Assembly (NCBI GenBank): GCA_000416315.1
Contig: ASZI01000221.1
Coordinates: 1 to 59,597, forward strand
Source of the DNA: Osedax symbiont Rs2
GTDB lineage: Bacteria > Pseudomonadota > Gammaproteobacteria > Pseudomonadales > Balneatricaceae
DNA length: 59,597 nt
Direction: 5' to 3'
Shown here piece by piece: positions 49,485-58,433 of this stretch (position 1 is the stretch's first letter; every line of letters begins with the position of its first letter). The notes beneath the pieces were generated by a model that saw only the letters and a list, made by a program, of their open reading frames with translations, did not search any database and had not been told where the DNA came from. The position numbers and the translations under genes are program-made.

Positions 49485-50078
49485 TTAGGTTTTATACAAT
49501 CGATATTGCACCTGGCCAGTCGTTTTCTCTCGGTGTAGTGTCCAGCTGCTGCGCAGTTCAACCCCGGGCTCTGATTCTATATAAACCAGAGCATTGTCGT
49601 GCAGCATCTGCCGGTCCAGCAGTAATTTGCAAATGTCCTGCAAATGGTTTTTGTTAAAAGGTGGGTCGAGGAACACAATATGGTATTTGCTGCTTTCATC
49701 TGCTGTGACGCCCTGCTGTTGAAGCCAGCCGATTGCATCTTGCTGGACTACATCGGCACTACTGGTTTTTAGCAGCGTTATGTTGTCTCGCAAAGACTGG
49801 CAGGAAGCTGGGGCCAGGTCGACAAAAGTACAATTTTTAGCACCTCTGGATAGTGCCTCAAAGCCCAGTGCGCCGCTGCCGGCAAATAAATCCAGGCAAT
49901 TGGCGCCGGCAACTGCATTTTGTATCCAGTTAAACAAAGTTTCACGCACTCTGTCGGGGGTGGGGCGCAGGCCTTCGATATCCGGGAAAGAGAGTTTGCG
50001 GCTGCGCCACTGACCGCCAATAATTCGCACTTGAGCTGGGCTTACCGATTTCTTTGACTGTTTGGCTCTTGAAGACAT
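49485..50078 (-). CDS. rsmD: 16S rRNA m2G966 methyltransferase
   Basis: VRIIGGQWRSRKL, LRPTPDRVRETLFNW, LDLFAGSGALG, FLDPPF; start reset to ATG 50078. Confidence 0.95.
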   Translation of the reverse strand: MSSRAKQSKKSVSPAQVRIIGGQWRSRKLSFPDIEGLRPTPDRVRETLFNWIQNAVAGANCLDLFAGSGALGFEALSRGAKNCTFVDLAPASCQSLRDNITLLKTSSADVVQQDAIGWLQQQGVTADESSKYHIVFLDPPFNKNHLQDICKLLLDRQMLHDNALVYIESEPGVELRSSWTLHREKTTGQVQYRLYKT

Positions 50079-50088
50079 AGTGACTAAG

Positions 50089-51309
50089 TTATCTCTGTTG
50101 CAGACGAATACTGATAGTGTTTTCGCCAAAAAAATTACGGATTTGCGCGCTGATTTGCTCGGCGTCAATTGTATCAAGATGTGCCGCGTATTCAGAGCGC
50201 GACAGAGTATTTAATTGATAAAATTGTTTCTTGCTGTAGAGTTTAAGCAGTCGCTCTCGATCTTCCAGTAGCGATTGATACTGTTGCAAGAGCTGCTCTT
50301 TTACCATCAGTAGATGATCTTCTAGCTGTCCCGGACTAAGGGAGGCAATTTCACTGCTTATTTGCTGCAACAATTGCGGCGCTATTGCAGTCGCTGAGCT
50401 GATTATCAGCAACTGATAGCCTCGATCATAGATAGGTTGACGGATCAATCGAAAATCTACTGTTTTATAGTCCGATTGCGCTTGTAAATAGCGACTGAGC
50501 ACAAAATTACTCAATAGTTCAACTTGGTCTCTGCCATCACTGAGTTTTTCCAGTTGCACTGCGCTGAGAAAGCTGTTTTGCGCATTGCGAGTGTCCAGTA
50601 CTCGATGTTTAGCTTGCCAGCTGACAAGCATAGGGAACTCGGTTCTTGGCAGCGGAAACAATGCCGTCAATTGCCTATCCAGATCACTCGCGAGTTGTGT
50701 TTGATCAGAGTGTGCAGTGAATAGCAATGCAGAAGGGCGCTTGCTTAACAACTGTTGCAAGCGGCCATCGCCATGGTAATCACTAGCCAGAGATTGATTG
50801 AATGAATTGAGCAGTAATTGCTGGGGTTGGCTGGACTGTAAATAGTATTGTGCGGCGATTAGCTTTTCTGCAGCAGCGCTGTTGTAGCGATAACTATTGT
50901 CAACTAGTAGTCGCAAGGTGTCGGCAATAGAGATGTCAGTGCCAGGCGGCCAGCGTAGCTCTATCTCTAAGCGATCCAAGGTCCAGAGCACCGTCTTCAC
51001 GTATTGGTTATCGGAGATGCTTTTTCGCAGCGCCTGATAACTCAGTTGTCGCTGGCGTTGCTCGCTGGGGGTTAACGCCGGGTTTGAGTTAAATGAGAGC
51101 AGTAAACGATGCTGTTGCAAGGTGTCAATTTGTAACAGTCGCAAGCCGGATTTGGATTGTGCAACAAGTAGTGGCTGCTCGAGCGGCTGTGGAGGTCTTT
51201 CACTGAGAAAGATAATAGCGATGGCGACTACAAAGCCAAGGTACTTTAGATAGGAGCGGTTGAATATGGGCCGGTACTCTTTTAGAGGCTGCTGCTCAGA
51301 CATATACAA
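50089..51309 (-). CDS. Hypothetical membrane-anchored protein, possibly a degenerate M16 peptidase-like protein
   Basis: 406 aa; N-terminal hydrophobic helix; C-terminal YAAHLDTIDAEQISAQIRNFF resembles M16 C-termini; occupies the ftsY/rsmD slot; product uncertain. Confidence 0.55.
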   Translation of the reverse strand: MYMSEQQPLKEYRPIFNRSYLKYLGFVVAIAIIFLSERPPQPLEQPLLVAQSKSGLRLLQIDTLQQHRLLLSFNSNPALTPSEQRQRQLSYQALRKSISDNQYVKTVLWTLDRLEIELRWPPGTDISIADTLRLLVDNSYRYNSAAAEKLIAAQYYLQSSQPQQLLLNSFNQSLASDYHGDGRLQQLLSKRPSALLFTAHSDQTQLASDLDRQLTALFPLPRTEFPMLVSWQAKHRVLDTRNAQNSFLSAVQLEKLSDGRDQVELLSNFVLSRYLQAQSDYKTVDFRLIRQPIYDRGYQLLIISSATAIAPQLLQQISSEIASLSPGQLEDHLLMVKEQLLQQYQSLLEDRERLLKLYSKKQFYQLNTLSRSEYAAHLDTIDAEQISAQIRNFFGENTISIRLQQR

Positions 51310-51567
51310 ATGATTCCATTGGCTAAGATCTTAGAGGCTCTGATGATACGGCAAAAAACCTTGTCGTAACAGAAATCTGACTACAGATAAATAGAGCGAT
51401 GAGTATTGCCAATCACTATGTTAAGATAGCCGGCTTTGGCCGATTTGTAAGTCTCTCACCTTCCGGCCAGGTAATATAACAACTGAGATAAAGCGTGGCG
51501 AGTGTGGGTTGTCGACAACACCGCTGTGAGCTGATGCTTATACTCACCCTTTTACAGAGGAAAAAAA

Positions 51568-52986
51568 TTGGACGCTCTTTACATTTGGATGGTTGAAAAC
51601 GGATTTGATCCGGCCCTGGTTGCTTATGCTGGTGGTGCAATAGCACTGCTATTGGTTATTAAAATGTTCTTTTTCCAGAAGAAGAATATTGCTGAAATCG
51701 CAGATCAAGAGAAAAAGACAAAAGCGTCGGCAGAGGATAAGGCACCGTCAACAAAAAGCTCTGACTCAAGTGCCTCGCAATTGCCCTCTAAAGCGCAAAC
51801 TGAGGAAGCCGCCAGCCCAGAAATTAATGTTGTCGAATCTGAGGCTGCTGTCTCAAGTAGGGAAGTCGAGCCGGGAGCCGAGGTTGCACAACCGGTCGCT
51901 GAACAACAGAGTTCAACCGCTACTGCCAGTGAAGTTGACGCACAGGAGAAAGCTGAAGAAAAGCTTGTCCCAGCGAGCATCAATGAATCTACTATTGTCC
52001 AGCCAGAGCCAGAGCCAGAGCCAGTTGCTATAGCAGCCGTCGAACCTGAAGTTAAACAGAGTTTCTTCGCCAAAGTTAAACAGGGCCTCTCCAAAACCAA
52101 AGCGGGTATGTCCCGACAGATGGGAGATTTGTTGCTCGGTGCCAAAGAAATTGACGAGGAGCTGCTGGAAGATCTCGAGACTATATTAATTACTTCGGAT
52201 CTGGGTATCCAAGTGACTTCTGAGATCATTGGCAGGTTGACTGAGCAGGTCGATCGCAGTGAACTTAAAGATCCTAAAGCTCTGCATAACGCTTTAAAGA
52301 TTGAACTATCGGGGATCTTGCAGGCGGTGGAGAAGCCCTTGCAGCTAGATGATACTAAAGAGCCCTATGTGATTTTAATGGTTGGGGTTAATGGTGTGGG
52401 TAAAACTACCACTATCGGTAAGCTGGCGAAAAAATTCCAGAGTGAAGGAAAATCAGTGATGCTGGCAGCCGGTGATACTTTTCGCGCCGCTGCGGTTGAG
52501 CAGTTGCAAGTTTGGGGTGAGAGAAATGATGTGCCGGTTGTCGCACAGCACACGGGTGCAGATTCCGCCTCAGTATTATTTGATGCCGTACAATCGGCTA
52601 AGGCCAAAGGTGTCGATGTATTGATCGCCGATACAGCTGGGCGGTTACAAAATAAAGACAACTTAATGCAAGAGTTGCAAAAAGTAATCCGGGTAATGCA
52701 GAAACTCGATGCCACGGCGCCACACGAAGTGATGTTGGTGCTGGATGCTGGTACTGGACAGAACGGGCTGAGCCAGGCACAAGTGTTCGGTGAAGCGGTA
52801 GGGGTTACTGGGATTACATTGACAAAGTTAGATGGCACTGCAAAAGGCGGAATAATTTTTGCCATCGCTAAATCTTTAAGTTTGCCGATTCGATTTATCG
52901 GCGTAGGTGAGCAAGTAGATGACTTGCAGCCCTTTGTAGCTGACCAGTTTGTCTCGGCGCTATTTGATCAAGATGGTGAGCGCTAA
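51568..52986 (+). CDS. ftsY: Signal recognition particle receptor FtsY
   Basis: NG domain GVNGVGKTTTIGKLA, DTFRAAA, DTAGR, TKLDGTAKGG; acidic N-terminal region; GAGG RBS before TTG 51568 (alternative ATG 51589). Confidence 0.96.
   Translation: MDALYIWMVENGFDPALVAYAGGAIALLLVIKMFFFQKKNIAEIADQEKKTKASAEDKAPSTKSSDSSASQLPSKAQTEEAASPEINVVESEAAVSSREVEPGAEVAQPVAEQQSSTATASEVDAQEKAEEKLVPASINESTIVQPEPEPEPVAIAAVEPEVKQSFFAKVKQGLSKTKAGMSRQMGDLLLGAKEIDEELLEDLETILITSDLGIQVTSEIIGRLTEQVDRSELKDPKALHNALKIELSGILQAVEKPLQLDDTKEPYVILMVGVNGVGKTTTIGKLAKKFQSEGKSVMLAAGDTFRAAAVEQLQVWGERNDVPVVAQHTGADSASVLFDAVQSAKAKGVDVLIADTAGRLQNKDNLMQELQKVIRVMQKLDATAPHEVMLVLDAGTGQNGLSQAQVFGEAVGVTGITLTKLDGTAKGGIIFAIAKSLSLPIRFIGVGEQVDDLQPFVADQFVSALFDQDGER
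52001..52024. repeat. In-frame (AGCCAG)4 repeat encoding PEPEPEP in FtsY
   Basis: Read directly from the sequence. Confidence 0.85.
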
Positions 52987-53080
52987 TATAGAAGTGGCCG
53001 TTGTCAATTGACAGCAGCGGCGAATTGCTGCATTAATAAGAGTTAATTGATCGGCTTATTGGATAGGACAAACTTGCTAA

Positions 53081-53740
53081 ATGATTGCATTTGAACAGGT
53101 AAGTAAAGAATATCAAGGGGGCTATCAGGCTATCCAGGATGTGTCTTTTTCGATCACCCCAGGTGAGATGGTCTTTCTCACCGGGCATTCCGGTGCCGGT
53201 AAAAGTACCGTGCTCAAATTAATAATGTTAATGGAGCGAGCCAGCAATGGCTCTATTGCGATAGGCGGTAAAAAACTAGCGTCAATGGGTAGCAATGATA
53301 TTCCCTTCCATCGTCGTCAGATAGGGGTGGTTTTTCAAAATCACCAGCTGCTATTTGATCGCTCGGTTTTTGATAACATCGCCCTGCCCCTTAGAATCTG
53401 CGGCTATGACGCTGTTGATGCCGCGCGCAGAGTTCGGGCAGCGCTGGATAAAGTGGGTTTGCTAAACAGAGAAAAACTCAACCCCCGAGTTTTGTCTACC
53501 GGTGAGCAGCAGCGGATCGGTATCGCCCGCGCCATTGTGCATAAACCTAAAATACTTTTGGCAGATGAACCCACTGGTAACCTGGATCCACAGCTATCTG
53601 CAGAAGTGATGACATTGTTTCAGCAGTTTAATCGCATTGGCACTACCGTGCTGGTGGCAAGCCATGATTTAAATTTGATCAGGCGTATGAACTGTCGCAC
53701 TTTAACGCTGCAACAGGGGAGGCTAGTCGACGATGTCTGA
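53081..53740 (+). CDS. ftsE: Cell division ATP-binding protein FtsE
   Basis: GHSGAGKST, LSTGEQQR, LADEPTGNLD; between ftsY and ftsX. Confidence 0.95.
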   Translation: MIAFEQVSKEYQGGYQAIQDVSFSITPGEMVFLTGHSGAGKSTVLKLIMLMERASNGSIAIGGKKLASMGSNDIPFHRRQIGVVFQNHQLLFDRSVFDNIALPLRICGYDAVDAARRVRAALDKVGLLNREKLNPRVLSTGEQQRIGIARAIVHKPKILLADEPTGNLDPQLSAEVMTLFQQFNRIGTTVLVASHDLNLIRRMNCRTLTLQQGRLVDDV

Positions 53741-54716
53741 TATTCAGGCTGGATCAGGCCGGACTAAGCGCGGCGCCGAGCAGCATGTATTAACCAAAAA
53801 AGATCAGCGACGGCACTGGTTTGAGCATCACGGTGAAGTCGCAAAAGATTGTCTGCGCCAATGGCTATCAGCCCCCGCAGCAACGCTGATGACTATCTTA
53901 GTGCTGGCTGTTGCCCTGGCGCTGCCGAGCTTTTTATTCACTAGTTTGGCGAACATCAACCGCCTGACGGCGAGTTGGGATGATGAAAATAAAATTTCGC
54001 TGTATCTGCAGACTAATTTGTCACAGAGCCAGATCGAAAATTTTAGTCACAGATTATTACTGCGAGCGGATTTAATCGCAGTAGATTTGGTGGATGCGGA
54101 GCAGGGTCTGCTGGAGTTTAAACAGTTTTCCGGTTTTTCCCAAGTGCTGGATTCTCTGCAGCAAAACCCGCTGCCGGCCGTTATCTCGGTGCTGGCAAAA
54201 GATACCAGTGAACAGAATCTGGAGAAGCTACAGCAGCAGCTGTATGCACTGCCTGAAGTCGAACAGGCGGTGTTGGACCTGCAGTGGATAAAACGCCTCA
54301 ATGCTATGTTGTTAGTACTGCAGCGGGCGATAATAGCACTGAGCTTGCTGTTGGCCTGTGCGGTGTTGTTGATAATAGGCAATACCATCAGGCTCAATGT
54401 AGAGTCACGTCGCGACGAGATATTAGTCGCTAAGCTAATGGGTGCAACCAATGCCTGGGTGCGGCGGCCGTTTCTGTACACCGGCATTTTCTATGGTGTG
54501 ACTGCGGCTATCAGCGCTTGGCTGATCATAGAGATGTCTCTGCTGGTAATGCAAAACCCGGTGCTGCAGCTGTCGCTGCTGTACCAAAGTAATTTTAAAT
54601 TAACCGGTCTGGGCGGTGCGGGTGGATTGTTATTGCTGTTGGTCGGTTTAAGTTTAGGTTTGTTGGCTGCACTTATTTCGGTAAACAAGTTCCTCAATAA
54701 ATTAGAGCCTAAATAA
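53733..54716 (+). CDS. ftsX: Cell division permease FtsX
   Basis: ISLYL, NPLPAVI, IGNTIRL, KLMGATNAWVRRPFLY. Confidence 0.93.
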   Translation: MSDIQAGSGRTKRGAEQHVLTKKDQRRHWFEHHGEVAKDCLRQWLSAPAATLMTILVLAVALALPSFLFTSLANINRLTASWDDENKISLYLQTNLSQSQIENFSHRLLLRADLIAVDLVDAEQGLLEFKQFSGFSQVLDSLQQNPLPAVISVLAKDTSEQNLEKLQQQLYALPEVEQAVLDLQWIKRLNAMLLVLQRAIIALSLLLACAVLLIIGNTIRLNVESRRDEILVAKLMGATNAWVRRPFLYTGIFYGVTAAISAWLIIEMSLLVMQNPVLQLSLLYQSNFKLTGLGGAGGLLLLLVGLSLGLLAALISVNKFLNKLEPK

Positions 54717-54937
54717 TCAAGGCTGTACGCCTGATTCACTCATAGTCGTCATGGCCGTAGTTGCCACCGCTGGCAAATAGAAAATATTGGGCTATTATCT
54801 AGCGGGTAGTTTGAGTAATTAGGTAACACCAGAGGTTTCTCTTGCTATAAAAATTTAATTGTGTATTCTTTCATGTTCGCTGCGTTCACTGGCTACAAAA
54901 AAACAAGTCTGACGCACAGAATAAGTTAATTTCACGC

Positions 54938-54982
54938 GGAACTTTTAGCTGAGCTTATTGCCATAACTCAGTGTGTGAATAA
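54938..54982 (+). promoter_or_regulatory. rpoH promoter region: sigmaE-like -35 (GGAACTT, 54938-54944) and DnaA box (TGTGAATAA, 54974-54982)
   Basis: Motifs seen directly; the -10 element of the sigmaE promoter is a poor match. Confidence 0.4.
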
Positions 54983-55077
54983 TACGTTTATAAAGAGAAA
55001 ATTAAACTTTAACTTTCAGTGTTTTACTAAAGCGCAAACAGTTGAAGTGGTAGATAAATACGAGGTGGTAGAGTTAC

Positions 55078-55950
55078 ATGGGCAAGAGCTTGCTAGCAAT
55101 TGATCATATTTCCCCAGGACAAAATTTAGATGCGTACCTGCAAACTATCAGTACTATTCCAGTGCTGTCAGTTGCCGAGGAACGCGCTTTGGCTGAGCGT
55201 TTGCACGATCAAAATGATCTGCAGGCAGCTCGTCACTTGGTGATGTCTCACTTACGTTTTGTAGTGCATATAGCCAGAAGCTATTCGGGTTATGGTCTGC
55301 CGCTTGGTGATTTAATCCAAGAGGGTAATGTCGGCATGATGAAGGCGGTAAAGCGCTTTGATCCCGAAGTTGGCGTACGTCTGGTATCTTTCGCCGTGCA
55401 TTGGATTAAGGCAGAAATGCATGAGTATATTCTGAAGAACTGGCGCATCGTTAAAATAGCGACCACAAAAGCGCAGCGCAAATTGTTTTTTAATTTGCGT
55501 TCCAAAAAGCAAAACTTAGGTTGGATGAACAACCGGGAAGCTTCAAGTATCGCCGAAGATCTTGGGGTCGAGCTTAAAACCTTGCGAGAGATGGAAGGGC
55601 GGTTGGCCTCTACAGACACCGCTTTTGATATGACCTCCAGCGATGATGATGAAAGTAGTTTTTTTGCACCCAGTCAGTACCTGGAAGATCACACTACAAA
55701 CCCTGAAACTCAGCTAGAGAGCGCCAACTGGAAACAGCATTCAGAGGGCTTGTTGATTTCAGCCATGCAGAATCTGGATGAGCGCAGTCGCGACATTCTG
55801 TCGCAGCGCTGGCTCAGTGATACTAAATCTACTTTGCATGAATTAGCTGCTCAGTATCAAGTATCTGCAGAGCGAATTCGCCAGTTAGAGAAAAATGCGA
55901 TGAAAAAACTTAAAGATGCCATGGGTAGTGAGAGAGGCCTGTTGGCCTAA
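55078..55950 (+). CDS. rpoH: RNA polymerase sigma-32 factor
   Basis: DLIQEGN, RpoH box [18 protein letters not shown]; GAGG RBS. Confidence 0.97.
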   Translation: MGKSLLAIDHISPGQNLDAYLQTISTIPVLSVAEERALAERLHDQNDLQAARHLVMSHLRFVVHIARSYSGYGLPLGDLIQEGNVGMMKAVKRFDPEVGVRLVSFAVHWIKAEMHEYILKNWRIVKIATTKAQRKLFFNLRSKKQNLGWMNNREASSIAEDLGVELKTLREMEGRLASTDTAFDMTSSDDDESSFFAPSQYLEDHTTNPETQLESANWKQHSEGLLISAMQNLDERSRDILSQRWLSDTKSTLHELAAQYQVSAERIRQLEKNAMKKLKDAMGSERGLLA

Positions 55951-55974
55951 TCCAGAGAGTTTTTAGCTGTAAAG

Positions 55975-56001
55975 AAACCGTCCACTGCGACGGTTTTTTT
56001 T
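55975..56001 (+). terminator. Rho-independent terminator after rpoH
   Basis: AAACCGTC-CACTGC-GACGG followed by T8. Confidence 0.8.
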
Positions 56002-56034
56002 GTTCTGCATAAAGTTTATTAGAGCGGGTGCCTG

Positions 56035-56430
56035 ATGAAAATAAAACACTTAATCATGTTGGCAGCCTTTTTTGCTGCGATGGCAGTGGTGGTCGGTGCT
56101 TTTTCCGCCCATGCGCTGCAACAGCAGCTGTCTGCTAAAGAGTTACAGTGGCTGGCAACAGCTACTGCCTACCAGCAATATCACGCGCTGGCGCTGCTGG
56201 CAGTAGCGCTACTGATGATCTGTACTGGAAAAAGCAAATATTTGATGCTCAGTTGCTACGCTTTTATTATTGGAATAGTGTTGTTTTCTGGCAGCTTGTA
56301 TTTTCTCGCCTTCAGTAGCAGTACCGCGTTAGTCTATTTGACCCCGCTGGGAGGCCTGGCGTTTATCATTGCCTGGCTGGCGCTGTTTTGTGCAGCTGGC
56401 GGCTTGCAGCTTAAGCTTGAGCGAAAATAG
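56035..56430 (+). CDS. DUF423 (YgdD) membrane protein
   Basis: GAFSAHAL, YQQYHALALL, LFSGSLY, TPLGG. Confidence 0.88.
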   Translation: MKIKHLIMLAAFFAAMAVVVGAFSAHALQQQLSAKELQWLATATAYQQYHALALLAVALLMICTGKSKYLMLSCYAFIIGIVLFSGSLYFLAFSSSTALVYLTPLGGLAFIIAWLALFCAAGGLQLKLERK

Positions 56431-56490
56431 CTATTGCTAAAATTTGCGGTTAAAATAGCTGCTGAAAAATGATGGCTGGCTGCGATGGTC

Positions 56491-56523
56491 AGGTAATTGG
56501 TAGGTGATTGGTAGGTAATTGGT
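56491..56523. repeat. 3 x 11-bp tandem direct repeat AGGTRATTGGT
   Basis: AGGTAATTGGT / AGGTGATTGGT / AGGTAATTGGT, ending 7 nt before the trmB ATG. Confidence 0.85.
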
Positions 56524-56530
56524 AGATAAA

Positions 56531-57223
56531 ATGACAGAACAGAAAAAACATTTGCGCAGCATCCGCAGTTTCGTAATGCGCGCAGGTAGGACAACACTGG
56601 GACAAGAGCGTGCACTGGAAGAGCTTTGGCCGGTATTTGGTCTTGAGCTAAGTGCCGGTAAAATTGATCTTAATGAAGTGTTTGGCAGAGAGGCTCAGAC
56701 AGTTTTAGAGATTGGTTTTGGTATGGGGGAGTCGTTAATTTCCATGGCCAAAGCAGCCCCCGAGCTGAACTTCATCGGTATAGAAGTGCATAGGCCAGGC
56801 GTTGGGCGGTTGTTGTCCAGGGTAGAGGAAGAGCAATTGACTAATATTCGGGTCTACTCTGAAGATGCCATAGAAGTGCTGGCACAATGCATTGCAGATA
56901 ACTCGCTGCAGACGCTGCAGTTATTTTCCCCCGACCCCTGGCAAAAAAAGAAGCATCAAAAAAGAAGAATTGTGCAAGCCGATTTTGCCCAGATGATCCG
57001 CGCCAAGCTAAAAATAGACGGCTGTTTTCACATGGCTACTGATTGGCAAAACTATGCTGAACATATGATGGAAATAATGGAGCAGGCAGCGGGTTATAGC
57101 AATAGGGCCGGCGCTAAGGGTTATTCGCCCCAGCCAGAGCATCGCCCTGTGACCAAATTTCAGCGCCGCGGTGAGAGGTTAGGTCACGGTGTTTGGGATT
57201 TGATTTACCAGCGCGCTGAATAA
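56531..57223 (+). CDS. trmB: tRNA (guanine-N7)-methyltransferase
   Basis: [49 protein letters not shown]; ATG 56531. Confidence 0.95.
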   Translation: MTEQKKHLRSIRSFVMRAGRTTLGQERALEELWPVFGLELSAGKIDLNEVFGREAQTVLEIGFGMGESLISMAKAAPELNFIGIEVHRPGVGRLLSRVEEEQLTNIRVYSEDAIEVLAQCIADNSLQTLQLFSPDPWQKKKHQKRRIVQADFAQMIRAKLKIDGCFHMATDWQNYAEHMMEIMEQAAGYSNRAGAKGYSPQPEHRPVTKFQRRGERLGHGVWDLIYQRAE

Positions 57224-57443
57224 TGGATTGCAGTTTTAAATAGTTTACTTTTGCGTCAGCTAATATTAATTTTGAGAAACATATAATCTATTGATATTAT
57301 GGGGTATATTTTTAATTCTAGGATCGTGTCTATATGGAAACAGTTTGCTGTGTTGAAAAATATCTATAAACTTCTATATTTAAGAGCAGTAGTCTCTGTG
57401 CTCCGGCCGATGCAAAATAATTGATTGTTGAAAGGTACCTCAA

Positions 57444-58373
57444 GTGGCAGATACAAAATATCGTTTAGTAACGCGTAGTGATTTTGATGGATTGGTCTGT
57501 GCAGTTTTGCTGAGGCACTTGGACCTAGTCGATGATATTAAGTTTGTACACCCCAAAGATATGCAAGATGGGGTGATAGATGTCTCCAACCGCGACATCA
57601 CGACTAACTTGCCTTATGTCGCCGGAGTGCACATGGCTTTCGATCACCACTTGTCGGAGACTTTGCGCAATCAAAAAATTGACAACCATATTATAGATGC
57701 GACGGCGCCCTCGGCAGCACGGGTGGTTTTTGACCATTATGGCGGCTATGATGTTTTTCCAAAAGAGTGGCATGATATGTTAACCGCGGTTGATATTGGC
57801 GATTCTGCGCAATATATCCGCGATGATATTATCGATCCACAGGGTTGGTCGCTGTTGAATTTCTTGATGGATGCGCGCACAGGTTTAGGGCGCTTCCGCG
57901 AATTTCGTATTTCCAACTACGAATTAATGATGGATTTAATCGATTACTGCAAAGACCACGATATCGATAATATTTTAGCGCTGCAGGATGTAAAGGAAAG
58001 AGTCGATCTGTATTTGGAGCATCAGCAAAAATTTATTGAGCAAATTCAGCGCTGTTCACAAGTGCATGGTAACTTAGTAGTGCTGAACTTATTGCAGGAA
58101 GAAAATATCTGGGCCGGGAATCGCTTTATGATCTATGCGCTGTTTCCAGATGTTAATATTTCTATCCATGTGCTCTGGGGGATGAAAAAACAGAATACTG
58201 TATATGCCACTGGCAAGTCGATCTTTGATCGCAGTTCCAGTACTAATGTCGGAGAGTTGATGTTGGCTTACGGTGGCGGTGGCCACGAGGCGGCGGGAAC
58301 TTGTCAGATTGACAATGATAAAGCGGCCGATGTGTTGACAGAATTAATCGAAAAAATCACCGCGCAGGGATAG
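57444..58373 (+). CDS. DHH/DHHA1 phosphoesterase (exopolyphosphatase-related; nanoRNase/PggH-like)
   Basis: RLVTRSDFDGLVCA, FDHH, C-terminal GGGGHEAAGT; GTG start with AAGG RBS. Confidence 0.8.
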   Translation: MADTKYRLVTRSDFDGLVCAVLLRHLDLVDDIKFVHPKDMQDGVIDVSNRDITTNLPYVAGVHMAFDHHLSETLRNQKIDNHIIDATAPSAARVVFDHYGGYDVFPKEWHDMLTAVDIGDSAQYIRDDIIDPQGWSLLNFLMDARTGLGRFREFRISNYELMMDLIDYCKDHDIDNILALQDVKERVDLYLEHQQKFIEQIQRCSQVHGNLVVLNLLQEENIWAGNRFMIYALFPDVNISIHVLWGMKKQNTVYATGKSIFDRSSSTNVGELMLAYGGGGHEAAGTCQIDNDKAADVLTELIEKITAQG

Positions 58374-58393
58374 CTGCAGTGCTGCAAAAGACG

Positions 58394-58421
58394 AAAAAAA
58401 AGGGCCGAGGGCCCTTTTTTT
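58394..58421. terminator. Bidirectional rho-independent terminator
   Basis: A8-GGGCC-GAG-GGCCC-T7 between convergent genes. Confidence 0.85.
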
Positions 58422-58433
58422 ATGGCTGGCGAT

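Noticed and set aside
51705-52865. Long antisense ORFs opposite ftsY (and similar shadow ORFs opposite trkA, rsmB, fmt, prlC, ftsX)
   Set aside because: Fully overlap well-supported genes on the opposite strand; codon-bias shadows.
54928-54943. parS-like AATTTCACGCGGAACT
   Set aside because: Four mismatches, including one in the central CACGTG; the similarity is partly due to the GGAACTT promoter motif.
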